A stretch of DNA of 38,739 nucleotides from a virus (IMGVR_UViG_3300022217_000059:1-38739); one strand, 5' to 3'; numbered from the stretch's first letter, positions 24,731 through 35,740 are shown. Made by a program: numbers and translations. The notes: a model not told the origin generated them from the letters alone.

Positions 24731-27700
24731 TTATCTAAGAGTGTAAGGGTTGTCCTCCCCACCTGTGTACTGTTCTCTCTTCAGTTTATTGAATTCTCTG
24801 ATGAACTGGGGAGAGACCATGCCGGGGAGCCTTCTCATAATCTTGTCCAAGTTCTTCTGTTCCTCTTCGCTACCTTGTTCCCACCTAGCATAATACGCAC
24901 GTGCCCTACCTTTAGGGGATTTAATACCTATAAGACCAGCCCAGTACCTCCGCTCAGGAAGACCCTGCATCTTACTATAGTTCCTGTATCTGGAGAATAG
25001 ACGTTTACGTTCCTCCGGCGGAGCTTCCTGTATATACCTACGCACGTCAGCCATTGTAGCTTCACCGTCTTCCATCTGGTCAGTTACCTTATCCAATCCT
25101 TTATTAAGCACAGCTCTCTCAGTATTAGCTTCTATGTTAAACTCACCAAGAGACTCACCATACTTATACCAAGGGTCTGTATACCTAGCTATCCTTCTAA
25201 CTGCTGGTATGTTTAGTGCGAATTGCTTACTGAATAATTCTCTATCCTTAGCTCCTTCAGGGAGTTCAGCACCTACTGCACTACCTATAAGGTTATACCC
25301 ATGCCCAACAAATGAAGTATAAATATTGCCGGAAGTGAAGTACTGTCGTAAAGCGAATCTAGTTCTCTCTGGAGACACACCTGTAGCCTTACCTGCGTTG
25401 ACAAATACAGGGTGTGTATACTTAGTGTACTCTAAGTAAGGGTCTGTCTCTGTCTTACCCTTCCATACCTTCTCTCCTTTCCACATATCATAGTTACCCA
25501 TGACTCCAACAACAGCTTTAGCAGTTGGAGGGAAGAACTGAGAAGGAGTTATGTTAAACATATTGAGTGCAGCTTCTCTAATCCTCTCTGGCTTAACCTC
25601 GTCACCAGCAACTACAGCAGCCAGAGACTCAAACAGAGTAGCGAATACCTGTTGTCCTTGGTCCTTGGCTATCCTGAAGTACACATGTCTCTTAACCCCG
25701 TCTGCATCCTCAAAGCTGTAAGGAGTAGTCATAATCCAGTTAGCATTCCTATCATACTCTGATACCTGACTAAATGCTTCTGGGTTACGGTAGCGGTTGG
25801 CGAAGTATAAACCACCAGCCATAACACCTATCTGGGACATCTTCCACGCAAACAAAGCAGGGTCTTTAGCAAAAGCTCTACCTGAAGCTCTCATAGCTTG
25901 AATACTGGCGTTAAAGTAGGGGAGACCAGAGTCCATAGCCTTAGCCATCCTACCGCCCTGTGAGAAGTCGAGATAAGTACGAGCTATCATAGAGGAGTCA
26001 GCCGAATTAATACCATTCCTCATAGCCCTATTACGCAACGCAAGTCTAACCCACACCTCAGATGTCTCTCCAAGCCAACCAAACTTCTTCTGTAGATTGA
26101 CCAGTGTCTTGTGTGCTTCAACATGAGTTTCTGGTATAAATCTACCTTGGTGGGTAAGGAACTCCATACCACCACCCTCTGCAATATACCTATTATAAGC
26201 ACCCTTTCTACTCACAGCATCTTTGAATGTAGCTTTAAGGTCTGAGCCTAGTTCAAGCATAGCCTTTGGTGCTAGTGAAGAGTATAGTTTACGGTAGTCT
26301 GAAGCCCATACCAGTGCTATATCCCTGAAGAAGTTAGTGAAAGCAAACTCTGGGTTAAGTCCTGTAGCTAGTGGTTTAAGTATGAAGCTACCAGAGACAA
26401 TACGGAAGAACTTAGCTGTACCCTGCGTAAGCAAGGGGTCGCTCTTAACCCACTGGTCAGCTACCTCATCCCTTATAAGTAGTTCTCTTGTCTGTCCATC
26501 TGTCCTATAAGCTATCTTAGTCCAACCTTTAGGAGTATCCGCATACTGAGCTTTGTGGAACTTACCTTTATCATCCACTCTTGCAGGTTTAACTATAGTA
26601 TTGTGCTTGAAGATACCATTGTCAGGTAAATCATCTGCGAGTTTAGCAGCAGTCTTGTTGGCTCTGTTCCTGAAGACAATGTTATTGTGTGAGATTACAG
26701 CCTGTTCAAGTAGACGAGAGGAGTTAGTATCGAACAACTCATCAGCACCTTCCTTAACAAACTCTAACCCCGAAGAACGCACAGATATACGTCTACCAGA
26801 AACACCATGAACACGAGTACTTACCTCTGGGTCAATGTGATTAAGGAATTTAAGTGGTGAATACATGTCGAATTTAGCTAGGTTATCGTAGTCCCCCTTG
26901 CTAATAAGACCCTCTTCCAATCTCTCATCAAGGATAGTCCTCATAGCAGCGAAGTATGTATTAGCCTTGTCCTCAAGTTTCCTACGCATAGAAGGAGGTA
27001 TCTGTGCAATCATGGCGTTAAGCTCATCACCAGTCACTCCTTGTGGTGTCTTAAGCCCCTGTGCAGCGTACCTCTGGTAGAGTCTACGATTAGGGATATA
27101 CATATCCAGCATAGACCTTTCCACCTCGTCAAGGTCACCGTATATCTTAGGCTTTAGTGTCTCCTCCAAGTCGTGCAGGGCTTTAGGGTGTGCCCCTGCG
27201 ATAGCTTGGTGCCTGAAATTCACCTGTTCACCAAGACTACCAGCTTTACCTAGTCTTATCCTAAGAGGACCACTAGTGTCTACTACTTCCTTGTGCGCCT
27301 TCTCATATACTCTCTTCCACGTAGGTAGCAGTGAAGGCTCTAGTGCTTTAGTAGCATCCTGTGCATCCTTGAATAGTTTGAATGCCTTAGCCCCCTGTCC
27401 TGTAAACTGAGGTAACTTCCTAGTTGGCTTCTTGCGGAAAGGGTTGACAATCCAACCACCTTCGTTAGTAAGGAAGTTAGGTATAAGCTTTGGTCTTGAA
27501 GGTGCAAGATGCTTATTAGAGAAGTCTATAAGTTCCTTCATCTTATCTGGACGCAGCAGTCTCTCAAACCTTTCCTTCTGCATAGTATAAAGGAATCTAA
27601 CCTTGGCTGCTAGCACTTCGTCCCTAGAGTAAGGGAAGTGTATAGGATACCTATCCATCCTCTCAGCTTTTCTAAGTACACTAACTGGGTCTAGTGGGCC

Positions 27701-29710
27701 ATGCTTCTCAAACTGCCACACAAATTGACGATACACATCCTCTATCATGTTATCAGCAGTTACTGGAGGAGCCATTTTATCTCCAACACGAGCCCCTCTA
27801 ATCTCATCTATCCCCATCTTAGTTTGTTCAATAAAGTATTTGGGATGACTCTTGATATTCTCCGGGTCCATCTTTAGGTAATAGTTACCTATGATATCAT
27901 GTGCACTACCCTTAGCCACTTCTCTTGGTTTGCCTCTAAGTCTATCACCAATAAACCCACCTTCATTACCTATAACTCTACGTATACTGGCAATGATACC
28001 TTCACCCATATCTTCTGGGTTACCATTATCATAGTCATCAAAATCCGCCCTCCTAGCTTCAGGAGTTAGTATATCATCTACTGGAGTAGTTGTGCGTTTG
28101 AAGTCGAACCATTCAGGCAGCTTGCCTCTCATAGCTCCCACTAGAAGTTCCTTCTTACGCCCACCAGAGAGACCCTTAATAAAGTCTTCTAGTTCCTTGT
28201 CACCGTGAGTTACATTATTCCATATAGCTTTAACTTGTTCTGGGGTAGCGTCATCTATCTGTTTAGCGGTCTTAGCTCCTATTCCCCTTCTAAAGGTTTC
28301 CAGTGCATTCCTTAACCTATTAACACGTAGTTCTCCAGCAGCACCAGAGCCAAACTCTACTACTTTACCAGATACATCACCAAAGGTCTCTGCTGCTTCC
28401 TCAGCACCCCTAGTAGGTACAACAGGAGGTAAGGCAGAGACACCAGTAGTTCTCTCTATATTCTCTTGAACTGTCTTGGCTTTAGCTAGCTTATCTTCAA
28501 AGGTATCAGCAGCATCATGCAACTTACCAACCCTAGTCTCACCGGGCACAGTCCCTTCAAGAGTCTCAAATGCAGTAGTCTTAGCCCTCTGCTCAAATAC
28601 CTCAGCAGACTGAGCAGCAGCCTTAGCTCTAGGTCTACCAACACCAGCGGCTTCCTCAAATGATTCTTTAAGAGTAAGTGAACGAGTCTGGAACTTCTTG
28701 CTCTGTACAATCTTCTCTATATTACGAATCATACGGTCAGCTTTAGCACCAGCTCTAGCTCTAACTATACGCTGCCACTGACCATCCACAAGCCTACCTG
28801 AAGCTATACCTGTTATAATTACTGCGGGGAGTGCGAGTACAGGATGCTTCTCAGAGATAGCTTCCCCCATCAAACCGAGCGGGTAGTCACCAGCAGCATT
28901 GAGTATACCAGAAAGTGCTGATTTACCTGCAACAGTGCCTATAGATTTAGACCCCAACGTAAGTGCACCTTTTCTCCACTGCGTGAAGACAGTAGCACCA
29001 GTAGCTACCTCAAAGGCAGCTAGCGGGTCAACCCAAGGGTTCTTCTCTATACCACCTTTCTCAAGAGCTACACTTAATCTCTCTCCTCTAAGAGCTTCTG
29101 TGAGTTCCTTCTTATCTCTAATGTGACCATACTTCTCTAATATAGGAGCTAAGTCCTCCCTTGTCTTCTTGTCTAGGTCTTTACTGCCAAGTACAAGACC
29201 TGCATAAAACTCATCTAGTTTATGTGCTTCTTCTGAGAATGTGGTTGGGGTAGTCGGAACTCCACGAGCATCCAAGGCTCTACGCCTTGAACGTACCCTC
29301 TGCTCCTGTGTAGTAAAAGGCTGCCCTTTCTTAATGGCAGCTTCCATGCGAGTGTAAGCATTTCTCTCTCGCATAAGGGTAAGCCTTCTCTCTTTAAGGT
29401 CAATACCCCCCACCTTTTGCTTCTCAAGAGCTACTTGCCCCTGTAGGTTCCTCTCAGTCTGAGCTTTCCTCTCCTTGATTAGACGCAGTCTATCCTTCTC
29501 TGGAGCTTCAAAGATGTCCTCGTGTGCCTTGTCATAGGTGTTAGACTCAAGGGTAGAGGAGGCAGGGTCGAGGCCCACCATCTCAAAGAACTCAGGACGA
29601 CTAAAGTCATCACTGTATGTACTGTCGTAGAAACGATGTGCCAGTTCTACATTGTCCATATCAGCATACTCTGGATTCTGAATCTTAAACTCAGGTATTG
29701 AAAGAGGCAT
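24731..29710 (-). CDS. large internal virion/ejection protein (large polyvalent protein-like C-terminus)
   Basis: 1659 aa; LNPEFAFTNFFRD, LDFSQGG...PYFNASIQA motifs; last gene of the virion operon. Confidence 0.75.
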   Translation of the reverse strand: MPLSIPEFKIQNPEYADMDNVELAHRFYDSTYSDDFSRPEFFEMVGLDPASSTLESNTYDKAHEDIFEAPEKDRLRLIKERKAQTERNLQGQVALEKQKVGGIDLKERRLTLMRERNAYTRMEAAIKKGQPFTTQEQRVRSRRRALDARGVPTTPTTFSEEAHKLDEFYAGLVLGSKDLDKKTREDLAPILEKYGHIRDKKELTEALRGERLSVALEKGGIEKNPWVDPLAAFEVATGATVFTQWRKGALTLGSKSIGTVAGKSALSGILNAAGDYPLGLMGEAISEKHPVLALPAVIITGIASGRLVDGQWQRIVRARAGAKADRMIRNIEKIVQSKKFQTRSLTLKESFEEAAGVGRPRAKAAAQSAEVFEQRAKTTAFETLEGTVPGETRVGKLHDAADTFEDKLAKAKTVQENIERTTGVSALPPVVPTRGAEEAAETFGDVSGKVVEFGSGAAGELRVNRLRNALETFRRGIGAKTAKQIDDATPEQVKAIWNNVTHGDKELEDFIKGLSGGRKKELLVGAMRGKLPEWFDFKRTTTPVDDILTPEARRADFDDYDNGNPEDMGEGIIASIRRVIGNEGGFIGDRLRGKPREVAKGSAHDIIGNYYLKMDPENIKSHPKYFIEQTKMGIDEIRGARVGDKMAPPVTADNMIEDVYRQFVWQFEKHGPLDPVSVLRKAERMDRYPIHFPYSRDEVLAAKVRFLYTMQKERFERLLRPDKMKELIDFSNKHLAPSRPKLIPNFLTNEGGWIVNPFRKKPTRKLPQFTGQGAKAFKLFKDAQDATKALEPSLLPTWKRVYEKAHKEVVDTSGPLRIRLGKAGSLGEQVNFRHQAIAGAHPKALHDLEETLKPKIYGDLDEVERSMLDMYIPNRRLYQRYAAQGLKTPQGVTGDELNAMIAQIPPSMRRKLEDKANTYFAAMRTILDERLEEGLISKGDYDNLAKFDMYSPLKFLNHIDPEVSTRVHGVSGRRISVRSSGLEFVKEGADELFDTNSSRLLEQAVISHNNIVFRNRANKTAAKLADDLPDNGIFKHNTIVKPARVDDKGKFHKAQYADTPKGWTKIAYRTDGQTRELLIRDEVADQWVKSDPLLTQGTAKFFRIVSGSFILKPLATGLNPEFAFTNFFRDIALVWASDYRKLYSSLAPKAMLELGSDLKATFKDAVSRKGAYNRYIAEGGGMEFLTHQGRFIPETHVEAHKTLVNLQKKFGWLGETSEVWVRLALRNRAMRNGINSADSSMIARTYLDFSQGGRMAKAMDSGLPYFNASIQAMRASGRAFAKDPALFAWKMSQIGVMAGGLYFANRYRNPEAFSQVSEYDRNANWIMTTPYSFEDADGVKRHVYFRIAKDQGQQVFATLFESLAAVVAGDEVKPERIREAALNMFNITPSQFFPPTAKAVVGVMGNYDMWKGEKVWKGKTETDPYLEYTKYTHPVFVNAGKATGVSPERTRFALRQYFTSGNIYTSFVGHGYNLIGSAVGAELPEGAKDRELFSKQFALNIPAVRRIARYTDPWYKYGESLGEFNIEANTERAVLNKGLDKVTDQMEDGEATMADVRRYIQEAPPEERKRLFSRYRNYSKMQGLPERRYWAGLIGIKSPKGRARAYYARWEQGSEEEQKNLDKIMRRLPGMVSPQFIREFNKLKREQYTGGEDNPYTLR

Positions 29711-30706
29711 TTACTCTCCTATTGGTGTTCTTACTTTAAACGGGTCCGATTTATCTACTTGCTTCTGTGGTAATTGTTCTCTTGGAGCCACTCTACCGAG
29801 TAAGGCAACCGAGTCGTGTACAGCCTGTTCAACTTCAGTACTAACTTCTCCATAAATACCAACTAACTTCTGCATGATAGTCGAAGCAACGTTCTCTGTG
29901 GGAGTAATCTTAGATAAGTTTTCGTGTTCTATAGCGATAGACCAAAGTACATCATCACTTATCCCTTTGAACCTCTCCATATTTTTAAAGGTATTGTAGA
30001 AGAATGTAACATTCTTCTCTCTCTGCCCAGCAGTACCAAGCCTATCCTTCTTTTCCTTACCCTTCAAACTCTTAAGAGCTGCAGCAGACTGGTCTCTCTG
30101 CTGTACTCTGAACTGCTTCTCCTTAAGTAACTGTTGTTTCTGGTATTTAAACTTGGCGAGTTCCTTGTCGTTCTCCTTAACATCACCAGCTTTCTCGTTT
30201 AGATACTTCTCCATAGCACTATCCACCTGTGCTTCAGATTTCTCAAACTGCTTTATCTCATCTACAGCACCATTCTGTACCTCAGTCCAGTAAGCAGCAG
30301 ACAGTTCTGGGTCACTCTGTATTGTCTCCATAAGAGTCTTAGCATCACCAGCTCTCATCCTCTCAGTACCGGGCACAGCTCTATCAATGAAACCCATCTC
30401 ATCCGCTAGATTCTTCATCATAGCAGTACCACGAGTAGACTTGGAATAGTTACGCTCAAACTCATTCACGTCAAGCATTCTATTCTCTGCTTCAAATACT
30501 TGTCTATCTCGGTCTGCCTTATTTCTCTCTATGATAGAACTCTGAATAGTAGCTTGGGTTCCTGCACGAAGAGATTCAAGTCTAGCTTCTCGTTCTGGAG
30601 CCTCTAGTATTCTCTGGTCCTCTTCTCTCCTACGAGCAGTAATCTCTTCAGACAACCTACCCAATGCACCAGACTGTCCTATTGCTCTAAGCAGTGGCAT
30701 AATCAT
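29711..30706 (-). CDS. helical/coiled-coil putative ejection protein
   Basis: 331 aa, charged and helical; synteny. Confidence 0.6.
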   Translation of the reverse strand: MIMPLLRAIGQSGALGRLSEEITARRREEDQRILEAPEREARLESLRAGTQATIQSSIIERNKADRDRQVFEAENRMLDVNEFERNYSKSTRGTAMMKNLADEMGFIDRAVPGTERMRAGDAKTLMETIQSDPELSAAYWTEVQNGAVDEIKQFEKSEAQVDSAMEKYLNEKAGDVKENDKELAKFKYQKQQLLKEKQFRVQQRDQSAAALKSLKGKEKKDRLGTAGQREKNVTFFYNTFKNMERFKGISDDVLWSIAIEHENLSKITPTENVASTIMQKLVGIYGEVSTEVEQAVHDSVALLGRVAPREQLPQKQVDKSDPFKVRTPIGE

Positions 30707-31700
30707 TCCTCCTTATAAACTTACTTATTCCTCTGGTTATTGGTATCATTACCTTGAGGAAGTATTTACCTATAGTACTATCTGGGATACTAGGTTTTAT
30801 CTGGTGGGCCATGTGATATGACCAACCTACACCAAACGGCCTAACTATCTGTGTGAATAACCATGACTTCTGCATAAGGTATACAACCTTGGAAGCCCAC
30901 CACAAGTAGCCAATGAAGAGTTCATCATCAATATGTCTCATCTTATATATCTGTGCGTATCTAAGTATCTTCTTTGGTAGATATCCCTGTCGATTTAGTT
31001 CTGTACAGAGTACTGATTCAATACCAAGTACATCATCTAGGAACCAACCAGCAGCATAACCAATACCAGCACCTATAGCAGTTCCAACACCGGGAACAAT
31101 AGAACCTGCAGCAGCTCCTAAACTAACAGCAGCACCTCTCTCATGTCCTGCTTCAGCAGCTAATGCAGCTCCAGCTAGACCAGCAATAGGAGCAGCAACA
31201 CCCATCAAGCTAGTTGCAGTACCTGTACCAGTAGTACCTGCAACAGTAGCAGCAGCTTCTGGAGCTAAGGACATAGGTGCAGCAGCCGAAGTTACTCCAG
31301 CACCTACACCTGTTACTGCAGGAGCAGTACCAGCGACACCAGCAGCACCGGGAATAATACCCTTAAGTTTCTCATACACACTACCAGCACCAGTGAATAG
31401 TTTATCAGCAGCACTCACGCCCTCTACGTTTGGGGCTAAAGCGCTAATTCCTAGTCCAGCTATATCAACTGCACCGCTAACGGTAGCTGCCTCTCTAATA
31501 TCTTCCGCTTGCTGTTCAGCTAAGTCTAATCTACGCTCCCCCTGTCTTATCTGTGCTTGTGTAGCTTCTGCTGCTCTCTGACTAGCTAACTGTGCTTCTA
31601 TCTGTGAAGTCAGATAATCTCGTCTACGTATAGAAGGACGGCCTGTAACAGCAGCACTCTGTCTGGCTGTCCTCCTAAACCTCTCAAAGTCGAATGCCAT
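30687..31700 (-). CDS. putative ejection/pilot protein with Gly/Ala zipper
   Basis: GAAAGSIVPGVGTAIGAGIG; C-terminal VLCTELNRQG domain; directly after the nozzle gene. Confidence 0.65.
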   Translation of the reverse strand: MAFDFERFRRTARQSAAVTGRPSIRRRDYLTSQIEAQLASQRAAEATQAQIRQGERRLDLAEQQAEDIREAATVSGAVDIAGLGISALAPNVEGVSAADKLFTGAGSVYEKLKGIIPGAAGVAGTAPAVTGVGAGVTSAAAPMSLAPEAAATVAGTTGTGTATSLMGVAAPIAGLAGAALAAEAGHERGAAVSLGAAAGSIVPGVGTAIGAGIGYAAGWFLDDVLGIESVLCTELNRQGYLPKKILRYAQIYKMRHIDDELFIGYLWWASKVVYLMQKSWLFTQIVRPFGVGWSYHMAHQIKPSIPDSTIGKYFLKVMIPITRGISKFIRRNDYATA

Positions 31701-31710
31701 AAGCCTCCTC

Positions 31711-34233
31711 CTAGTTAGTGTCCTGTCTCAGGACTTTATAGTTATACCCTACGAATAAAGGTTCAAACCCCACTGGTTCATTATTAGTCGTTATGGAGAA
31801 CTCAGTGCTATGGAAAGTACCTCTGCCTCCTGTTGATTGCACACTCTCTAATATTCTATACCCAGACTTCTGTGAACTGAAAGAAGTAAGTGAGGTTCCT
31901 GTGGTTACTCCATCAGCATAATAAGTTACAGATATATTATTGGTACTTGTGGAAAGTGCTTTAGTTACTAGTTTAACATACCTTAGCTGGGTCTCTGTCA
32001 TGATAGAATCTTCATGAAGAGGTTGGTCTCCTAGGCGAAAGGTGTAGGTGATATCATTACCATCCATATCATTCCCATTCTCTAACCTGTAAACTTTACC
32101 ATCGTTCTCAGCACCATAGTTGTAATGATTGCCTATAGAATCTACCACAGGGATAGAACACTGTAGATATTCTCCAGTACCTCTATCTATCTCATACCAA
32201 CGCTTTCTCCTAACATCATATACCCACTCCTTGTCTAAGGAACCTGCAGGAGAAGCATCCTTAGAAGAATACATCCAATGATACTCACCATTAATAAAGT
32301 CATAATCACCAACAGACTTATCTATATAATCTGTATCTATAGCGTATGAGTTATTCTGGTCAAATATATCATCAATATCTCCATGTATATCCTGTATAAC
32401 AGAACCATCAAACAAATGTATACCATGACCAGACTGCCAGATAACAGAACTTCTACTGATAGAAGATAATTCTTCTGGACTGATATGAGATACTCTCATT
32501 GTAAGTGGTGCAACACATCCAATAACATCGGAAGCACGATACTGAATCCAATCGTCAGGGTGATTTCCTATAAGTAGCCAAGTCTCAGTAGCCTTACACA
32601 TAACTAGAATATTATAGAGAGAGGAACCAAACTGTCTGTACAAACCTATACCAGCAATAAGTGGTTTATCATCCCCAAAGAATAATGTAGCACTATCGGA
32701 ACCATTAAATACTGAGTTAGTATGCTCTGCTGATACCAGTGTTGTGTTTTGCTTACCTGAAATATTATCACATAAGAATAACCTATTCATAGCAAATACA
32801 GAGAATCTATACAGACCTATATTTGTAGGAGCAGGTATGCCTTTGATAGAATCTACATATATAGTAGCTGACATATTACTCAGTGGTTTAATACGATAGT
32901 AGTAATGAGGTATTCCTGTTAGATTCCTCTTAAATTCCAACTCCGAGGAAGGTGGATTCCAAGTAATAGTACCAGAAGTATTGAACGAGGTATTACCAGG
33001 ATTGTTCTGTGTATTATCTACTAGATTATCCACCGCAGTCCAACCAGAACCAGTCCAATATTCTACTGTTACTATAGTCGATAGTGTATTTACATTATTG
33101 TCCCCAAAAGTAATATCTAATCCGGACAATTGTACAGGAGAGCCGGGTCTTATAGAATCTGTAGTAGCTAAACTAGACATGTCCATATAAGTTATAGCAC
33201 TACCAGATACATAATCTGTAGCAAATATAGCAGTAGCATACTCTTCATAAGAAGAACCTCTATGGTAAATCATAGAAGTTAAATCTACTGTTTCACCACT
33301 TGGGATATCTTTAAGAGCTTGGAAATCTGTATCAAGGGTACATTGAGTAACTGTAGTTGTATTATCTATACCTGCAGTTGTCATTACCCTATACCAATAT
33401 AGTGCTATACCTTGGTATTCTCTAGGTTCTGGTGTGTATAGTGTACTGGTAAAAGACATAGTACCTGTCTGTGCGAATGGAACACCTCCAGAAGCAGTAC
33501 CATCAGACAAACCAGTTACTGCTAACCATCCCAATCCTCCACCACTATCTCCCCAATACCACAAGGACGTTGTAGCAACAGTTGTATTGGCTGTACCAAC
33601 ATAGAATTTTACTCCTTTAAGAGGTCTTGTAGAGCCTATATATATTTGTGTAAAAGCAGTTCCTTGTTTTATAGTTGCTACGTTAACAGAATCTGTAAGA
33701 GAATTAGTTATTACATCTTCATAATCATATACAAACGTATCCCCATCACCGTCATCATGATTTATAAATCCAGCACATCTACTCTCAGTACCGCCGTAAA
33801 TATAAACACCATTTCCATTACAATATACCATTGTATCATCTGGTGCATAGGAGAATCTACCTATATTAACAGTAGAACCAGTTTCATTAAGTATAACACC
33901 AGTAAAATTACCTGTATTTGGTACTGCGGTAGAGTTGTAGTAAAGATTAGATACTGCTGGAGAATCTACAGTAGCAGTGTCCCATGCCTGAGCAAATATA
34001 TACTCTTCCCCATTACCTTTAATAAACTGAAATAGATTCCTTATAAACTTATACGTTGTACTAGTTTCTGTAGAATTTATAACAGACATACCACTAATAC
34101 TACGTATACCAGTATCCGTATACCTTAGATTAGTAAGGGTCTGGAAGTTGGGACCAATAGTAGCCGGGTCTACTGAAGTAACCAGTTTCCCTGTGAGTGG
34201 TATCTCTTTGCGTAGTAATCTTGATTCTGCCAT
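31711..34233 (-). CDS. tail nozzle/stabilisation protein (P22 gp10/T7 gp12-like) with inserted domains
   Basis: 840 aa, beta-rich; IGCVAP, WVYDVRRKRW; synteny after the adaptor gene. Confidence 0.7.
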   Translation of the reverse strand: MAESRLLRKEIPLTGKLVTSVDPATIGPNFQTLTNLRYTDTGIRSISGMSVINSTETSTTYKFIRNLFQFIKGNGEEYIFAQAWDTATVDSPAVSNLYYNSTAVPNTGNFTGVILNETGSTVNIGRFSYAPDDTMVYCNGNGVYIYGGTESRCAGFINHDDGDGDTFVYDYEDVITNSLTDSVNVATIKQGTAFTQIYIGSTRPLKGVKFYVGTANTTVATTSLWYWGDSGGGLGWLAVTGLSDGTASGGVPFAQTGTMSFTSTLYTPEPREYQGIALYWYRVMTTAGIDNTTTVTQCTLDTDFQALKDIPSGETVDLTSMIYHRGSSYEEYATAIFATDYVSGSAITYMDMSSLATTDSIRPGSPVQLSGLDITFGDNNVNTLSTIVTVEYWTGSGWTAVDNLVDNTQNNPGNTSFNTSGTITWNPPSSELEFKRNLTGIPHYYYRIKPLSNMSATIYVDSIKGIPAPTNIGLYRFSVFAMNRLFLCDNISGKQNTTLVSAEHTNSVFNGSDSATLFFGDDKPLIAGIGLYRQFGSSLYNILVMCKATETWLLIGNHPDDWIQYRASDVIGCVAPLTMRVSHISPEELSSISRSSVIWQSGHGIHLFDGSVIQDIHGDIDDIFDQNNSYAIDTDYIDKSVGDYDFINGEYHWMYSSKDASPAGSLDKEWVYDVRRKRWYEIDRGTGEYLQCSIPVVDSIGNHYNYGAENDGKVYRLENGNDMDGNDITYTFRLGDQPLHEDSIMTETQLRYVKLVTKALSTSTNNISVTYYADGVTTGTSLTSFSSQKSGYRILESVQSTGGRGTFHSTEFSITTNNEPVGFEPLFVGYNYKVLRQDTN

Positions 34234-35138
34234 TAGCGTTTCTTAAATGATACTCCAAATCTGCTTCTGTTAGTAGATGAGTTCTGGGTTGCGTTTACTC
34301 TGCGAAGTTGCTTCTCCCACTGTTGATGTAATACATCTCCTGTGTCCATCTCCCTATCCCTATACTTATACAGCCATGCAGCATACTTTATAAGGACGGG
34401 CAGAGAGTCCCTATGAATCTGGTATACACCATAGTCACTAAACACAGGGTCTGGTGACTTAATATAGTATAGTGTTATAGTCTCACTGCTTGTACTGGGT
34501 GGAGGAGAGAGTTTAATTTTGTGCCTTCCCTGCGGCTGTATAACATACGCATCTCCAGAAGTCCAATCATCATCAGTACCATTGAATAGTGCACATACCA
34601 GCACGGTTATAGAAGTCTTTGAAAGGACAACACCTGCACTTCCGTCTGTTGTATTGTGAACATAATCTCCGGCTTCTACATCAGAGAAGTCAGCACCTGT
34701 ATCTGTTAACGTAGCCTCCCCACCTGACGCAGCCCCTGCTGAAGTAGTAGTACCAGATACACGGGTATCCTTAGTATCGTCAGGGATAATAGTAAAGTAA
34801 GAAGGTATAGATATTGAAGTAGTCTCATTATCAACAATTATCTCATCATAGTGTTTATAAGGTATAAAGTAATCGTTAGTTCCGTCGTTGTACTTAATAA
34901 CAAAGTTATCATTATCATCATGTAGATATAGTTTAAGGAAGTCCGGTGTAAGACTATACTCTCCCGTATCCGCAACTGTAGTTACAGTCTGGGTAGACTT
35001 AAGAGAGTTTGTCCTAGCAACAAACTCCCTAGCAGCCTCCCATAGGAATTCGTAAGAGGTACGAGTATCTAGGAATGAGGAACCAGAAGTCTCATTCAAT
35101 AGATTCCTCAAATTGTATATCATACTCGCTCCGTCCAC
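34233..35138 (-). CDS. head-tail adaptor with inserted beta domain
   Basis: helical N-terminus LRNLLNE..., EYSLTPDF, L.PPP...TLYY, LIKYAAW. Confidence 0.7.
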   Translation of the reverse strand: MDGASMIYNLRNLLNETSGSSFLDTRTSYEFLWEAAREFVARTNSLKSTQTVTTVADTGEYSLTPDFLKLYLHDDNDNFVIKYNDGTNDYFIPYKHYDEIIVDNETTSISIPSYFTIIPDDTKDTRVSGTTTSAGAASGGEATLTDTGADFSDVEAGDYVHNTTDGSAGVVLSKTSITVLVCALFNGTDDDWTSGDAYVIQPQGRHKIKLSPPPSTSSETITLYYIKSPDPVFSDYGVYQIHRDSLPVLIKYAAWLYKYRDREMDTGDVLHQQWEKQLRRVNATQNSSTNRSRFGVSFKKR

Positions 35139-35140
35139 TA

Positions 35141-35740
35141 TTACCTCCTGTCTTTACGGAGACGTTCTGGATTAGTGTTCTCTCCAATACGTGCACCGAT
35201 TATCTTATATATCTTGTTAGCACCATCCCTACTTACTTTACCACTGGTGATTCTAACATTACAAGCCCTTGCTAAATCAGGGTCCATCTTAATACAAGGT
35301 TGTTTATTCCTGCGGTGTTCCTCGTGGGGGTCAGCAAAACCATTTCTCATCTCATCACGAGTGAACAAGGACTCTGATATCCTACCACCAATCTCCTCGT
35401 GGGCCTTGGCCAACTTATCTTTAGCAGCAGAAGTTAGACTAGGCATTGACTCATTAATCTCGTCAAGTCTCTTCTTACTCCTACGTATATCTTCTATAAG
35501 CTGTCCCTTCTGGTCACCGGGAATAGCACCTACCTTAAGAGTACGTTCATTCCTAGCAATCTCTTCCTCAAGCTCTTCCTTCTGTCTAGGCAACATCCAA
35601 GCTGGAAGATAGGAAACTGGTTTGCCATCTCTGTCTCTGTCTACCTGACCGAAGAATTCTATCTTAGATTCCTCAGTTGATTCCTTTGTTACTGTCGGTT
35701 CTGTCTTTGGTGCAGCAATCTTCTTTGCTGTCTTAACCAT
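35141..35740 (-). CDS. hypothetical virion-module protein
   Basis: GGAG SD; 199 aa. Confidence 0.75.
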   Translation of the reverse strand: MVKTAKKIAAPKTEPTVTKESTEESKIEFFGQVDRDRDGKPVSYLPAWMLPRQKEELEEEIARNERTLKVGAIPGDQKGQLIEDIRRSKKRLDEINESMPSLTSAAKDKLAKAHEEIGGRISESLFTRDEMRNGFADPHEEHRRNKQPCIKMDPDLARACNVRITSGKVSRDGANKIYKIIGARIGENTNPERLRKDRR

